Of a DNA stretch of 64,000 bases, positions 19,386 through 29,800 are shown in pieces; positions within the stretch are counted from its first letter, which is position 1; the number at the start of each line of letters is the position of its first letter. Made by a program: the position numbers and the translations under genes. The notes below the pieces were generated by a model. It saw nothing but the letters and a program-made list of their open reading frames with translations. It made no database searches and had not been told where the DNA came from. This DNA is from an uncultured Pirellulaceae bacterium (GTDB lineage Bacteria; Planctomycetota; Planctomycetia; Pirellulales; Pirellulaceae): positions 1,865 to 65,864 of the forward strand of contig CAZHCH010000009.1 in assembly GCA_964530985.1 (NCBI GenBank). Direction: 5' to 3'.

Positions 19386-21644
19386 ATGCGTTTAGTCGCC
19401 GAACCCTATCTTCCATTTGCCCTTTGGATTGCTTTGGCCTTGCTGGCCGTTGTGGTCTGGGTGTGGTACGTCATGTCGAGCCGGTTGCCGGTTGGTCGGC
19501 AAGTAGCTTGGTTGATTTACGGGTTAATGGCTGCGACGTTGGCTTTGCCATTGGTGGTGCTTTTAAATTTAACTTGGATTGAGAATGTGCCGCCGCCTGC
19601 TGGAAAGCCCGTGGTACAGGTCTTGGTGGACGGTTCTGCAAGCATGGGGACGCTAGATGTCGATGGAAAGTCGCGTTATCAAGCTGCCGTTGATGTCGTT
19701 CGTGAGGCGCAGTCGGAATTGTCGGAACAGTTTGATTTTCGGATTCAAACGTTTGGGCAGACGACGAAGCCGAGTTCAATCGACGAGTTGGATGCAGGGA
19801 CAGCTAAGGAAAACGAAACGAATGTTGCAACTGCGATAGACTCGGCACTAAAAGAAGATGTGGTCCAAGGGCAGTCGATATTGTTGCTGAGCGACGGCGT
19901 CCATAACGCAGGCGCTGTAGGAGATGTTATCGACGCGGCCAAGCAAGCTCGGGCAATGGCAGTGCCGTTGTTTGCGGCACCTTTGGGCGGCGATGTTGGT
20001 GTCAAGAACGTGGCCGTTTCTGCGCGGTCGCCTCAAGAACTCGCCTTTGTCGGACAACCCGTGCAAACGATTGCAAACATTGAGACCATTGGAGTGGTGG
20101 GACAGCGGCTGAACGTCGAACTGTGGTTTGCGGGCCAAGCGGTCGCCACGCAAGAGGTGCAGGTTACTCCCGAGAGCCAAGGTAAACCGTTGGAGGCGAT
20201 GTTTGAACTGTCTCAAGAAACGCCTGGATTGTTTTCGTATGAACTTCGCGTGACGCCATTGAAGAGTGAAGCGACTTTGATGGACAATCGGGCGCCGCTG
20301 ATGCTACGAGTACTGGATCGAAAAATCAAAATTTTGTTGATCGAAGGAAAGCCATACTGGGACACCAAGTTTTTGGTACGCCGATTGGCAGCGGACCCTG
20401 CGGTTGAATTGACCAGCGTGATTCGGATGGCCGAAAGCCGATACATGCAACGCACCGTCAAGCCAGTCGGCGCGGATGATTCGGCTGCCGCCGAAAGCAC
20501 TCAGATTATTCGCGATGTCGACCAGGTGTTGTCGGTTGATTCGTTGGCCGACGTTCAAGTCGTAGTGCTTGGTCGAAACGCGGAGTATTTTTTGGGAGAT
20601 GAGTCTCTAGCGGCGGTTAAAAACTGGATTTCACGAGAGGGCGGTTCGCTGGTCTGCACTCGCGGGGCTCCTACGGCTCAGGTTAGCCAACGATTGAATC
20701 AAATCTTGCCTGTTAGCTGGGACGCGGGCCGGGAGAATCGTTTTCGTGTTTCGATGACAACACAGGGCAAGGGACTGCGTTGGTTGGCGAGTTTTGCAGA
20801 CGAAAACGTACTGGGGACCATGCCATCATTGGCCTCCGTCGCGACTGCTCGGCGCCGAGGGCTGGCCAACGTTTTGGCGTCGACGGTAGCGACCGAGTCT
20901 GCTGTCGACGACGAAGCCGTTCCCGTGCTTTCGTTCCAGCCTTACGGGGCTGGCCGAACCGTGGTGGTGGAAGGTGCGGGCATGTGGCGCTGGGCGTTGA
21001 TGGCTCCTCAACATGAAGACAAAGAACAAGTCTACGAAACGTTATGGCGTAGCTTACTGCGATGGCTTGTTTCGCGAGCGGGATTGTCCCCGGGTGAGAA
21101 TATCGCTCTGCAGCCAGATCGCATTAGTTATGAATCTGGCACCGAGGCGACGGCGACGATGTTGATTCGACCAACGAAGATCAAAACGCCTCCAAAACTA
21201 TCCGTGACCGGCCAAGACGATACAGGAGAACCAATTCCTGAAAAGCAATTTCAGCCACGACCGTTAGGCGATGACCCCGGCACTTATCGAGTAAATTTTG
21301 GCAAACTAAAGCCCGGCCGCTATACTGTAAAACCCGTCGAGTCATTGACCGGAGTTGGCGCGAACATCCAGTCAGCATTTGTGGTCCGTGATCGCTGGGA
21401 CGAAAAGTTATACTTGGACGCTCGACCAGACCTAATGAAACGCATCGCAGATGTCAGCGGCGGCCAGGTCTTAAAACAAACCAATGCAGAATCCTTTTCA
21501 AGTCAATTCAAAGCTCACCTAGAGCAGTCGCGACCACCGAAGTACCGCCGCATTCCGATGTGGGATCGCTGGTGGATTTTAAGTGCGATATTGTTATTGT
21601 GGGGCTGCTGTTGGGTAGTCCGTCGGAAATCGGGGTTAATCTAA
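19386..21644 (+). CDS. Membrane-anchored vWA + Ig-like + glutamine-amidotransferase-like domain protein
   Basis: Two N-terminal TMs, MIDAS VDGSASM/ETN/LSDGVHN, ILLIEGKPYWDTKFL, PYGAGRTVV..MWRW, C-terminal TM W..RRKSGL. Confidence 0.82.
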   Translation: MRLVAEPYLPFALWIALALLAVVVWVWYVMSSRLPVGRQVAWLIYGLMAATLALPLVVLLNLTWIENVPPPAGKPVVQVLVDGSASMGTLDVDGKSRYQAAVDVVREAQSELSEQFDFRIQTFGQTTKPSSIDELDAGTAKENETNVATAIDSALKEDVVQGQSILLLSDGVHNAGAVGDVIDAAKQARAMAVPLFAAPLGGDVGVKNVAVSARSPQELAFVGQPVQTIANIETIGVVGQRLNVELWFAGQAVATQEVQVTPESQGKPLEAMFELSQETPGLFSYELRVTPLKSEATLMDNRAPLMLRVLDRKIKILLIEGKPYWDTKFLVRRLAADPAVELTSVIRMAESRYMQRTVKPVGADDSAAAESTQIIRDVDQVLSVDSLADVQVVVLGRNAEYFLGDESLAAVKNWISREGGSLVCTRGAPTAQVSQRLNQILPVSWDAGRENRFRVSMTTQGKGLRWLASFADENVLGTMPSLASVATARRRGLANVLASTVATESAVDDEAVPVLSFQPYGAGRTVVVEGAGMWRWALMAPQHEDKEQVYETLWRSLLRWLVSRAGLSPGENIALQPDRISYESGTEATATMLIRPTKIKTPPKLSVTGQDDTGEPIPEKQFQPRPLGDDPGTYRVNFGKLKPGRYTVKPVESLTGVGANIQSAFVVRDRWDEKLYLDARPDLMKRIADVSGGQVLKQTNAESFSSQFKAHLEQSRPPKYRRIPMWDRWWILSAILLLWGCCWVVRRKSGLI

Positions 21645-24466
21645 TGTCGTCCATCACATCAAAACCTCCCGCAAAAACCGATCAAAGCGTGGCAAATTCG
21701 CCAGACCGTCGATTGTCTGAATCGATGGGACAGTTTCGCAAACGCTTGCAGTCGATTGGCATGCTCGCGGCATTCGGATGGATGATTTTGGCGGCAACCA
21801 TTGTGCTGTTGCTGGCTGTTTGGTTTGACCTACTGTGGGAACTGTCGGCAACCGCGCGGGTGACCGCTTTTATGGTGGCTGGTGCAGTTGCTTTGGCAGC
21901 CTTTGTAATGTTTACCGTGTCGGTTTTACGTCGCTCTGGTCGCGATCGACTAGCCAATCACTTGGATCAAGTTGCGGCTACCGGCGGTGAAATCAGGTCC
22001 GGATTGGAACTGGCGGATTCACTAAACAACAAAGAAGAAGATCGATCGTTGTCGATTGGATTGGCCTCGTTGGCGATCACCAAAGCAGCCGATCGAGCCG
22101 ATTCGATCGATCAAAAAACCGCCGTTTCACTTGCACCGCTTAAAACGGTTGCCGTTCCCTTGGTGGCAGTTGGCTTGTTGGTCGGACTAGTTGCGTTGGC
22201 GATGCCGCAGTTGGCGAAAACCCAATGGAACCGATTCGCGAACCCGATGGATGACACACCACCTTTTTCGACCATCCAGTTCGATGTCAGTCCTGGGAAC
22301 GTTGAGGTTCGCTACGGCGACCCCGTCGACATTGTGGCGCAGCTTAGCGACGTGCCGCTAGACGACTTGGAACTGGTATTAATCTCGAACTTAGAAGAAA
22401 AGGTGCCAATGTTCGCTGAAGGGAACAACCGTTGGCAAACAAGCCTGTTCCGAATCACTGAACCGATAAAGTACCAAGTTCGGTCCGGTCGTCTGCGCAG
22501 TAAAACGTTTTCGATCGACGTGCTTTCAGTACCCGAAATTAGCGGCGTTGAATTTTTAGTCTCGCCGCCTGCTTACACTCGACTAGGCAAGCGCCGTGTC
22601 AAAGGCGGTACGCCCATTCGAGCGTTGGCGGGCACGCAAGTCCAAGTTTTAGCCACCAGTAATCGACCGCTAACCAAAGGCACCGTAACCTTTGCCAAAC
22701 AAGATGCCGCCGAAGAAGGAATCGAGGTCGAACTTAAGCCTGACGACCAAACCCAGGAACTACAGCAGGTCATCGGAACGTTTGAAGTAAAACAAGGTGG
22801 CAAGTTCGAAATTACGTTAACCGACGTAGATGGGGTTCAGTCCAGCGAAGTTCACGCTGGGTACGTCGAACTGTTAAAGGACACTCGGCCCTTGGTCCGC
22901 ATACGAGAACCGAAACAGAATTCATGGGCGACTTCGACAGTTCAGTTACCGGTCCAGATCTCGGCTGAGGATGATTATGGATTGTCGCGAGTGGCCGTCT
23001 ACCGCAGCCTCAACGATTCTCGACCACTACCGATGGAATTGCCAGTTTCGGACACTGATTGTCGGTTGGACGTTAATTTTAGGTTACCGCTGAAAGAATA
23101 CTTACTTAGTCCCGGCGATAAATTAGAGCTGTTTGTGCGTGTGGAAGACAACGACCCAAACGAGGCCAAAGGCAGTGAGAGTCCAATTCATTCTGTTTTC
23201 ATTATTTCGCACCAACAATTCATGCAAATGCAGCAGCGAGAAATGGGCATCGAGGCAGTACTTTCAAAGTACCGACAGATCGAACGTCAACTCGAGTCGT
23301 TGGAAGTGATGCAAGATGAAATCGCAAAAATGAACGGCGACAAACCACCCGAAGACAAACCCGGCGAGGACATAAAAAACGAACTGGAAGCTGCAGTCAA
23401 GAACTTTGAGCAAAACGCAATGGGCTTGGCACAATTAATGGAACGGAAGTTTCCGATTGATTTTGACCGGGATCTCGAAGACCGCATTGAAGAAATGCGA
23501 GAAAAAATGATCGAGATCGCTCGCGAGATGCGGGAGTTGATTCGCAAGGTCGATCGCTTTGAAATCACCAATGAAGAATTGGAAGATAAACTAAAAGAGC
23601 TACGAGAAAAATTGCATGGCGTTCGCGAAGAGTTTAACAACGACGTGATGCTACCCTTGGATGACCTCGCGAAACTGTTTCCGTTGATGCAACTGCAGGA
23701 GCAATTTGTTCAACTTGTGTTGCGGCAACGAAACCTGGCCGACCGATTGAAATCGTTGGCGGGAGCCGAAGAAGGTGAAGATTCAACGACGAAACGCCGC
23801 ATGCGAGATTTGGCCGAAGAGCAAGGCCGACTAGAAGACGGATTGAATGAACTATTACTGGATATCGAAAAGGAAGCATTGTCGCTACCGATTGGACCGG
23901 AATACGTCGAACTTCGAGATTCGTCGATTGAGTTTTCAGCAGATGTGTTAGCTAGCGGGGCACTGGATGAACAAGCCGAAGCAGAGACAGCGTTGAATGA
24001 ATTGTCGGGAGCGGACGGTTTTCGACATGCCCAGAAAGCCGCAGAAATCTTAGAGTCATTTGTTGACCGAGCACAGGAAGGCCAACAACAGGCGCAACAG
24101 TTAGGACAGCTACGTTTTCAACCGCGACAAGGCATGCGGCGACCAAAGCTAGGAGATTCGATTGCCCAGATGATGAAAATGTTTGGTCCGCGAAACGGTG
24201 GACAACAAAGCGGAAACGGTAATCGAGGAATCTACGGTGACACACCACATTCAAACCAAAAGCGACGGGGAGGTGGAAAAGGCAATCGACAGGCTCGTGG
24301 CGGATCAGGCGGCCCAAGCGGCAATCGGGTTCCGGTCGAACCGGACGATCGAGTTCAACGTCATACCGGTCAAGCAAGTGGTACTCAAGTACCGATTCCA
24401 TTGCGATACGAACGAAAATCAGGCGAATATTACCGACGGATCATCGAAGAACTGGGGGACGAATGA
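21644..24466 (+). CDS. Membrane-anchored Ig-repeat/long coiled-coil protein (DUF4175-like) of the MoxR operon
   Basis: 3 N-terminal TMs, PPAYT, AEDDYGL, Q/E-rich coiled coil, Gly-rich tail, IPLRYE...EYYRRI; ATG 21644 overlaps upstream TAA. Confidence 0.75.
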   Translation: MSSITSKPPAKTDQSVANSPDRRLSESMGQFRKRLQSIGMLAAFGWMILAATIVLLLAVWFDLLWELSATARVTAFMVAGAVALAAFVMFTVSVLRRSGRDRLANHLDQVAATGGEIRSGLELADSLNNKEEDRSLSIGLASLAITKAADRADSIDQKTAVSLAPLKTVAVPLVAVGLLVGLVALAMPQLAKTQWNRFANPMDDTPPFSTIQFDVSPGNVEVRYGDPVDIVAQLSDVPLDDLELVLISNLEEKVPMFAEGNNRWQTSLFRITEPIKYQVRSGRLRSKTFSIDVLSVPEISGVEFLVSPPAYTRLGKRRVKGGTPIRALAGTQVQVLATSNRPLTKGTVTFAKQDAAEEGIEVELKPDDQTQELQQVIGTFEVKQGGKFEITLTDVDGVQSSEVHAGYVELLKDTRPLVRIREPKQNSWATSTVQLPVQISAEDDYGLSRVAVYRSLNDSRPLPMELPVSDTDCRLDVNFRLPLKEYLLSPGDKLELFVRVEDNDPNEAKGSESPIHSVFIISHQQFMQMQQREMGIEAVLSKYRQIERQLESLEVMQDEIAKMNGDKPPEDKPGEDIKNELEAAVKNFEQNAMGLAQLMERKFPIDFDRDLEDRIEEMREKMIEIAREMRELIRKVDRFEITNEELEDKLKELREKLHGVREEFNNDVMLPLDDLAKLFPLMQLQEQFVQLVLRQRNLADRLKSLAGAEEGEDSTTKRRMRDLAEEQGRLEDGLNELLLDIEKEALSLPIGPEYVELRDSSIEFSADVLASGALDEQAEAETALNELSGADGFRHAQKAAEILESFVDRAQEGQQQAQQLGQLRFQPRQGMRRPKLGDSIAQMMKMFGPRNGGQQSGNGNRGIYGDTPHSNQKRRGGGKGNRQARGGSGGPSGNRVPVEPDDRVQRHTGQASGTQVPIPLRYERKSGEYYRRIIEELGDE

Positions 24467-24546
24467 ACACGAAATATTTTGCAGTAACGACTCATCGATG
24501 GTCCATCACCTTCACGGCCTGTGTGGTCAACACTAGAAAGTTTGCG

Positions 24547-25383
24547 ATGAAATCTAAACATGATGTCAATCCGGGACTAAGACTGGTTGCTTTAGCAAGC
24601 ATGATTTTGTTTCCCTGCGTGCTGAACGCTCAAGACACGGCTCAGCAAGGGCAGCCCCCCAAACCTGTCGCATCTGAATCTACCAGCCACAGCACAGATT
24701 CTGGCACCAAAAAAAATGTTCAGGCCAAACCTACAAAGGAACCGAGTAACGACGGCCAACTAGCAACAGTGCCCGATTCAAAACATGTTGGAGGCGAACC
24801 CGATGGCGTGGTCCAAGTTGCAAACCTAGTCTACGCGAAATCAAAGAGTAGCGAGTGTTTCGCCGACCACTTCTTGGTGCAAGCCGAACAAGAGTCTTCG
24901 ATTTCAACCAGCCGGCGGTTTCATGCGGTAAAGCTGTCCAGCGACGAAATTTACAATTTCCCATTGATCATCATGACTGGCGAGGGATCGTTCGAACTCC
25001 CCGATAGTGAACGTCAAAACTTGAAGCGGTTTGTTGAGCGCGGTGGTTTCTTGTTGGCTTCTGCCGGATGTTCGTCCAAAGAGTGGGACAAGAGTTTTCG
25101 AAATGAAATGACCAAAATTTTTGGTGAAAAACGGTTAGCGGCGATCGATTTTAAGCATCCCGTTTTTCATACGGTTTACGACATCAAAGACTTCGAAGCC
25201 AAGCATGGAACCATTCAGCCGCTTGAGGGTGTTCATTTTGAAGGGCGCTTGGGCGTGCTGTATTCACAGGATGGCTTGAACGATACCGCTCACACGACCG
25301 GTTGTTGTTGCTGCGGCGGGAACGAAATCAAAAACAGCCTAAAAATTAACGTGAACATCTTAGCTTACGCACTAACACATTGA
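24547..25383 (+). CDS. DUF4159-like exported protein with CCCC motif
   Basis: Signal peptide ending VLNA-Q; FPLIIMTGEG..ERQNLKRFVERGGFLLA, HPVFHTVYDI, GRLGVLYS..LND, INVNILAYALT (ORF opens at 24463). Confidence 0.78.
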   Translation: MKSKHDVNPGLRLVALASMILFPCVLNAQDTAQQGQPPKPVASESTSHSTDSGTKKNVQAKPTKEPSNDGQLATVPDSKHVGGEPDGVVQVANLVYAKSKSSECFADHFLVQAEQESSISTSRRFHAVKLSSDEIYNFPLIIMTGEGSFELPDSERQNLKRFVERGGFLLASAGCSSKEWDKSFRNEMTKIFGEKRLAAIDFKHPVFHTVYDIKDFEAKHGTIQPLEGVHFEGRLGVLYSQDGLNDTAHTTGCCCCGGNEIKNSLKINVNILAYALTH

Positions 25384-25474
25384 GCTCGTCCCAAAGTCAC
25401 CTTATTCCGAGAAAGTTGCCTCCAACGAATTTGGTTTTTAAAAACGCAATACGGTTACACCGAACATCGCCACT

Positions 25475-26860
25475 ATGCCGAAGCTTCTTACAATTTCAAC
25501 ACACCTCATTGCTCTGATCATGGTTGGGGTGGCGTGTGTTGGATGCAAGAATAAACAAGAAGCGACCGACAGTGGTGCGTCCGACGGGAACCGCCAGTCG
25601 ATCGAAAAAACAGCGATTTCGTTTTTGATTTCAGCCGACACCGCTGGCTGGATTCAGCCCTGTGGATGCACGACCAAACAGAGTGGTGGACTACCGCGAC
25701 GTGGCTCGATGGCCAAGAAAATGCGTGAACAAAAGCCAACGATTGTGTTGGATTGCGGTGGCGCAGCGGCGGGTGTTTCGGATTATCATCAACTGAAATT
25801 GGAATCCATCATGGCTGGCGAAGCAGCGATGGATTTGGTCGCTCATAATCTTGGTGGTAGCGAAGCCGCGTTTGGCAATGACGTTGTTCAACAGATTATC
25901 GACAAGCAGATTGTGCCGCTGTTTTCTACCAACGTATGCGACAGCTTGGGACAGTCAATTGGTGAACCCGTGCAGTGGGTTTCGGCTGGTGGGAATCGTA
26001 TTGCCGTCTTAGGGGTCATGGATCCGAAATTTAAAGGTGACCAACTTCAAGTGTTGCCGCCCAAGCAATCGATTTTAAACGCAATTGACACCTTGGAAGA
26101 AAAACCAGACGCGATTTTGGTGCTGGCTTATCTACCGCGTCCAGCTTTAATGGAATTGGCTAAGGCGCTACCAGAAGTTGACGCGATTATCGGCGGTCCG
26201 ACTGGACAAACGATCTCGCCAACTCGCGTCGGCGCGGTACTGGTTGCGTCGTCGACAAACAAAGGGAAATTTCTGGTGCAATTGGATTACGATCCAAAGC
26301 TCGCGCAACGATTTGAAGCGAAAGTGGTCGAGCTTGATGAATCGTGGGCTGACGATGCAGATCAAATCGAAAACCTAAAAACCTATCATGAACGATTGGC
26401 TGGCAAAGATTTTGAAAGCCCTACGACGGGAGTTAAAAAATCGATCGCTGTTGTGATGGATTCGAAAGACCACTTTGTTGGGAATTCAAAATGCCAAACG
26501 TGTCACACTGCGGACTGCCAACACTACACTTCGACAAAACACTCGGTTGCATGGGAGACGTTAGAAAACAAGTTCTCTCACGTCGACCCATACTGCCAGC
26601 AATGCCACACGACAGGATATGGATCGAAAGTGGGTTTTGTTTCGATCAAACAATCACCAAATTTATTCGATGTCGGTTGCGAGAGCTGTCATGGTCCTTC
26701 GTCAAGGCACTGTGAAAAGCCAACCATCAGAACCGTCTACGATGCTCGCGATCAGTGTTTGCAGTGTCATGACCGAGAAAACAGCCCGCTGTTTAATTAC
26801 GAATTGTATTGGCCCAAAATTTTGCACGGGCTACAGAAAGTAACGGAAGCGAAAAAATGA
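25475..26860 (+). CDS. Lipoprotein: degenerate UshA/5'-nucleotidase-like domain with PCGC motif fused to tetraheme c554-like cytochrome
   Basis: Lipobox CVGC; ISADTAGWIQPCGC..SGGLPRR, LDCGG, FSTNV; four CxxCH motifs (CQTCH, CQQCH, CESCH, CLQCH); YWPKILHG end. Confidence 0.85.
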   Translation: MPKLLTISTHLIALIMVGVACVGCKNKQEATDSGASDGNRQSIEKTAISFLISADTAGWIQPCGCTTKQSGGLPRRGSMAKKMREQKPTIVLDCGGAAAGVSDYHQLKLESIMAGEAAMDLVAHNLGGSEAAFGNDVVQQIIDKQIVPLFSTNVCDSLGQSIGEPVQWVSAGGNRIAVLGVMDPKFKGDQLQVLPPKQSILNAIDTLEEKPDAILVLAYLPRPALMELAKALPEVDAIIGGPTGQTISPTRVGAVLVASSTNKGKFLVQLDYDPKLAQRFEAKVVELDESWADDADQIENLKTYHERLAGKDFESPTTGVKKSIAVVMDSKDHFVGNSKCQTCHTADCQHYTSTKHSVAWETLENKFSHVDPYCQQCHTTGYGSKVGFVSIKQSPNLFDVGCESCHGPSSRHCEKPTIRTVYDARDQCLQCHDRENSPLFNYELYWPKILHGLQKVTEAKK

Positions 26861-29800
26861 TTTCTCAAAACAGATTTAATGGCGACCGGTCCAACATCCG
26901 TAGGTACCCCATGAAAGACGTCTGTCGAAACTATTTTGCTTGTGGCTGGTTGATGATCGGTATGTTGTTGGTCAGCAGTTCACTATTGTCCGAAGCGGCA
27001 ATGGCGATTCCGCAAGATAACGGGGTAGTTTGGTATACGGATTTGGATGAAGCCAAAAAGAAATCACGGATTTCGAGGTTGCCGATTTTGATCAAGTTCG
27101 AAGCGGATTGGTGCCAACCCTGTCAATTGCTTAGCCAGGAACTCAAAAAAGCCCAAATCGTCAGATCACTAGAGCAAGTAGTCCCCGTCGTAGTGGATAT
27201 CGACAAGCAAGAGGAACTAGCAAAACAATTCGACGTGACATCGATCCCTAAGGTAATTCTGATCAATGACGAAGAAACCGTTCTAGCCGATAAAACTGGT
27301 TTTGCTCCGGTGGAAGAATGGAAAGCATGGATCGTAGACTCTTTGAAAGATACCGAGTTTTCGATGCCTGAAGAATTGGCTTCGTTCGACCCGCCGACCA
27401 GCACGGAAGTTGAAGAGTTGTTACTGCGTCTAAAAGCCAAAGACGCGGCGATGCGAGAACTTGCAATGGAACGATTGATTTCTTTTCCAACAAAAACGCG
27501 TAAGCCGGTTGTCGAGGTGCTAACCGGAGCCAAAACGCCCAAAGCAAAAAAGAAGAAGAAAAATAAGAAGCCTAGTCTGGCGCAACAACTTGCCGTATTG
27601 GAAGTTCTCAAACGTTGGGGCGCACCGACTGACGGAATCGATCCTTGGACGCCTGCGTCGTTCACCGAGCAAAGGCTGAACACCATCCAAGCTTGGATTA
27701 TTACGCCCATCGAAGAATTGAATCAGAAGATAGGTGAATTGTCCGAAGCGGATTTGCTACTAGCCAGCACCGAAATCGATCAGTTATTGACGGGCCGTAG
27801 CGTCAAGGCAGGGTTGAGCCGTTTGACTCGCTACGGCGATGCGTTGTTGCCGCAGGTTTATGAGCGACTAAAATCCGCCAATTCCGATGAACAAGTATCA
27901 CGTTTGACCGCGCTTCGATATTGGTTGACTGCGAGCAACCAACTTCGCTTGGGTTGGTCTGGTGGTTTGATCGAACTGGCCGGTCGCGATGCCGAAACTC
28001 GCCGATCAGCAGCAGCGATGTTAGTCCAACTAGCTGGAAAACATGACCAAGCGCTATTGATGGAGTTATTCGCCGATCCCGATCCATTGGTGCGCGAACT
28101 GGCACTTAAGGGACTAAACGGGCTTGGTTCAGACACCGAACAAGCGATGGTTCGATTGTTGAAAGATCCAGACCCCAACGTTCGCGCAGCGGTTTTAAAA
28201 CAATTTGCCGAATCGAAAACCACTTCCGCTGTCGACGCCGTCGCCGAGTACTTAAAAACCGAAACCGATTCTGGATTAGTGGTGCAGGCAATTCGGTTTA
28301 TGCGCGAGGCTGGCGGTAATACGGCAATCGATTCAATCGTGCCCTTTACCAACCACGAAAGTTGGCAGGTACGAGCTGAACTCGCCGAGTCGCTTGGGAA
28401 AATTGATGAAGACGATCTTTCCACGGAAAAGAAGACCGTTCGAGTTACGGGGATTGTCGAATTAATGTCCGACGAAGATTCATTTGTAGCTGTTAAAGCA
28501 AGTGAGTCGATGCCAAAAACGAATGACCTGAAATTGATCAAACGATTGGTGGGCATTGCTTCTAAAAAACCAGATATCGCTGAAACAATCATCGAATCGC
28601 TCGTGCCTAGCTCATACGACGAAGACGCAGTTGACGTGTCAAATTTTTTACTGGATTTTATGGACAGCGAGCACGCTTCGGTTCGTCGCGGTGCATTGAA
28701 GGGGCTACAGAAGACTTATAAATCGAAGATAGACAATGCAATTTTGACCAAAATGATCAAAGACCCTGACGAAAAAAATCGAATTCTTGGAATGCTTGCC
28801 TTTGTAAAACGCCTTAGTTCCATTCGTCCAGGGATGACTGAAAAAACAGCAGAAATCCTTAGAACTAGCCGCCCCATTAACCGGTCCTCACCCTCATTGT
28901 TTTCACGGATGTTTGGCTCTGGATCGAAGTCGACACCGTCAGCTCCAGGCTTAGATTTAGAATTGGAGCTAGAGGAAATTCCATCTGAAGATTCAGCGGA
29001 ATCTGAAGATGCAGAACCAGCAAAGGATATGGACAAAAAACAGGACGATGAAACACTCGAGAAATCGGAGTCAAAGGAAGAACCAAAAACTAAACCGAAA
29101 GAGGAGATCCAAGAATCTGAAATGGAGCAATGGCTAACAAAGTTTGTATCTGGCGAGATCAAAGATACTAAGTTTAAGGAATCAAGTCAGGCGATTCGAC
29201 AAGCACTCGATGTGGCTACCAGCGAAGAAGAAAAGTTCACCGCAGGAGTTGCCTTGGCAGCATACGGCGAAAATGAACGCATTCTTGGTCTCGCCAAATC
29301 GGCCACTAGCGATGAGATGAAACGACAGTTGGCCGGCTTGCTTATCTGGGTGCCTTTCGAATCTCGAGTCCAGCTGGTCAATACGATCGTTACCCCTGAG
29401 ACTTCTGAAGCCGAATTAGACATGGTGGTGAATTCTTTTGCTTCGGTGAGCAACCCACGGGGAGCCAGCGTATTTTGGAAACTTGCCAAACATCCTAATA
29501 TCGACATCAACACGATACATCGTGCGTTTTACGAACTAGTTTTTGATGGAAGCGAAAATTACTACAACGTGCAACCGATCAAAAACCACAACAAAAAACC
29601 AGCAAATTTACTTGTTGCCAGCATTCCAGATACGGATGAACTTGGAGAAAACGGAACATTCCTAGCGTTGGTTTTACTAAACCACATCGATCAAACCAAA
29701 GCAAAAGAACTTGCAGCCACGGTGATCAACGGAGACCATTCAGCCAAAAATAAACATATAGCTGCCCGAGTGATGCTACGCACAGAAAAATACACGGTCG

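Noticed and set aside
25661-25669. Selenocysteine recoding in the UshA-like cytochrome
   Set aside because: Both codons are Cys (TGT, TGC); there is no in-frame TGA.
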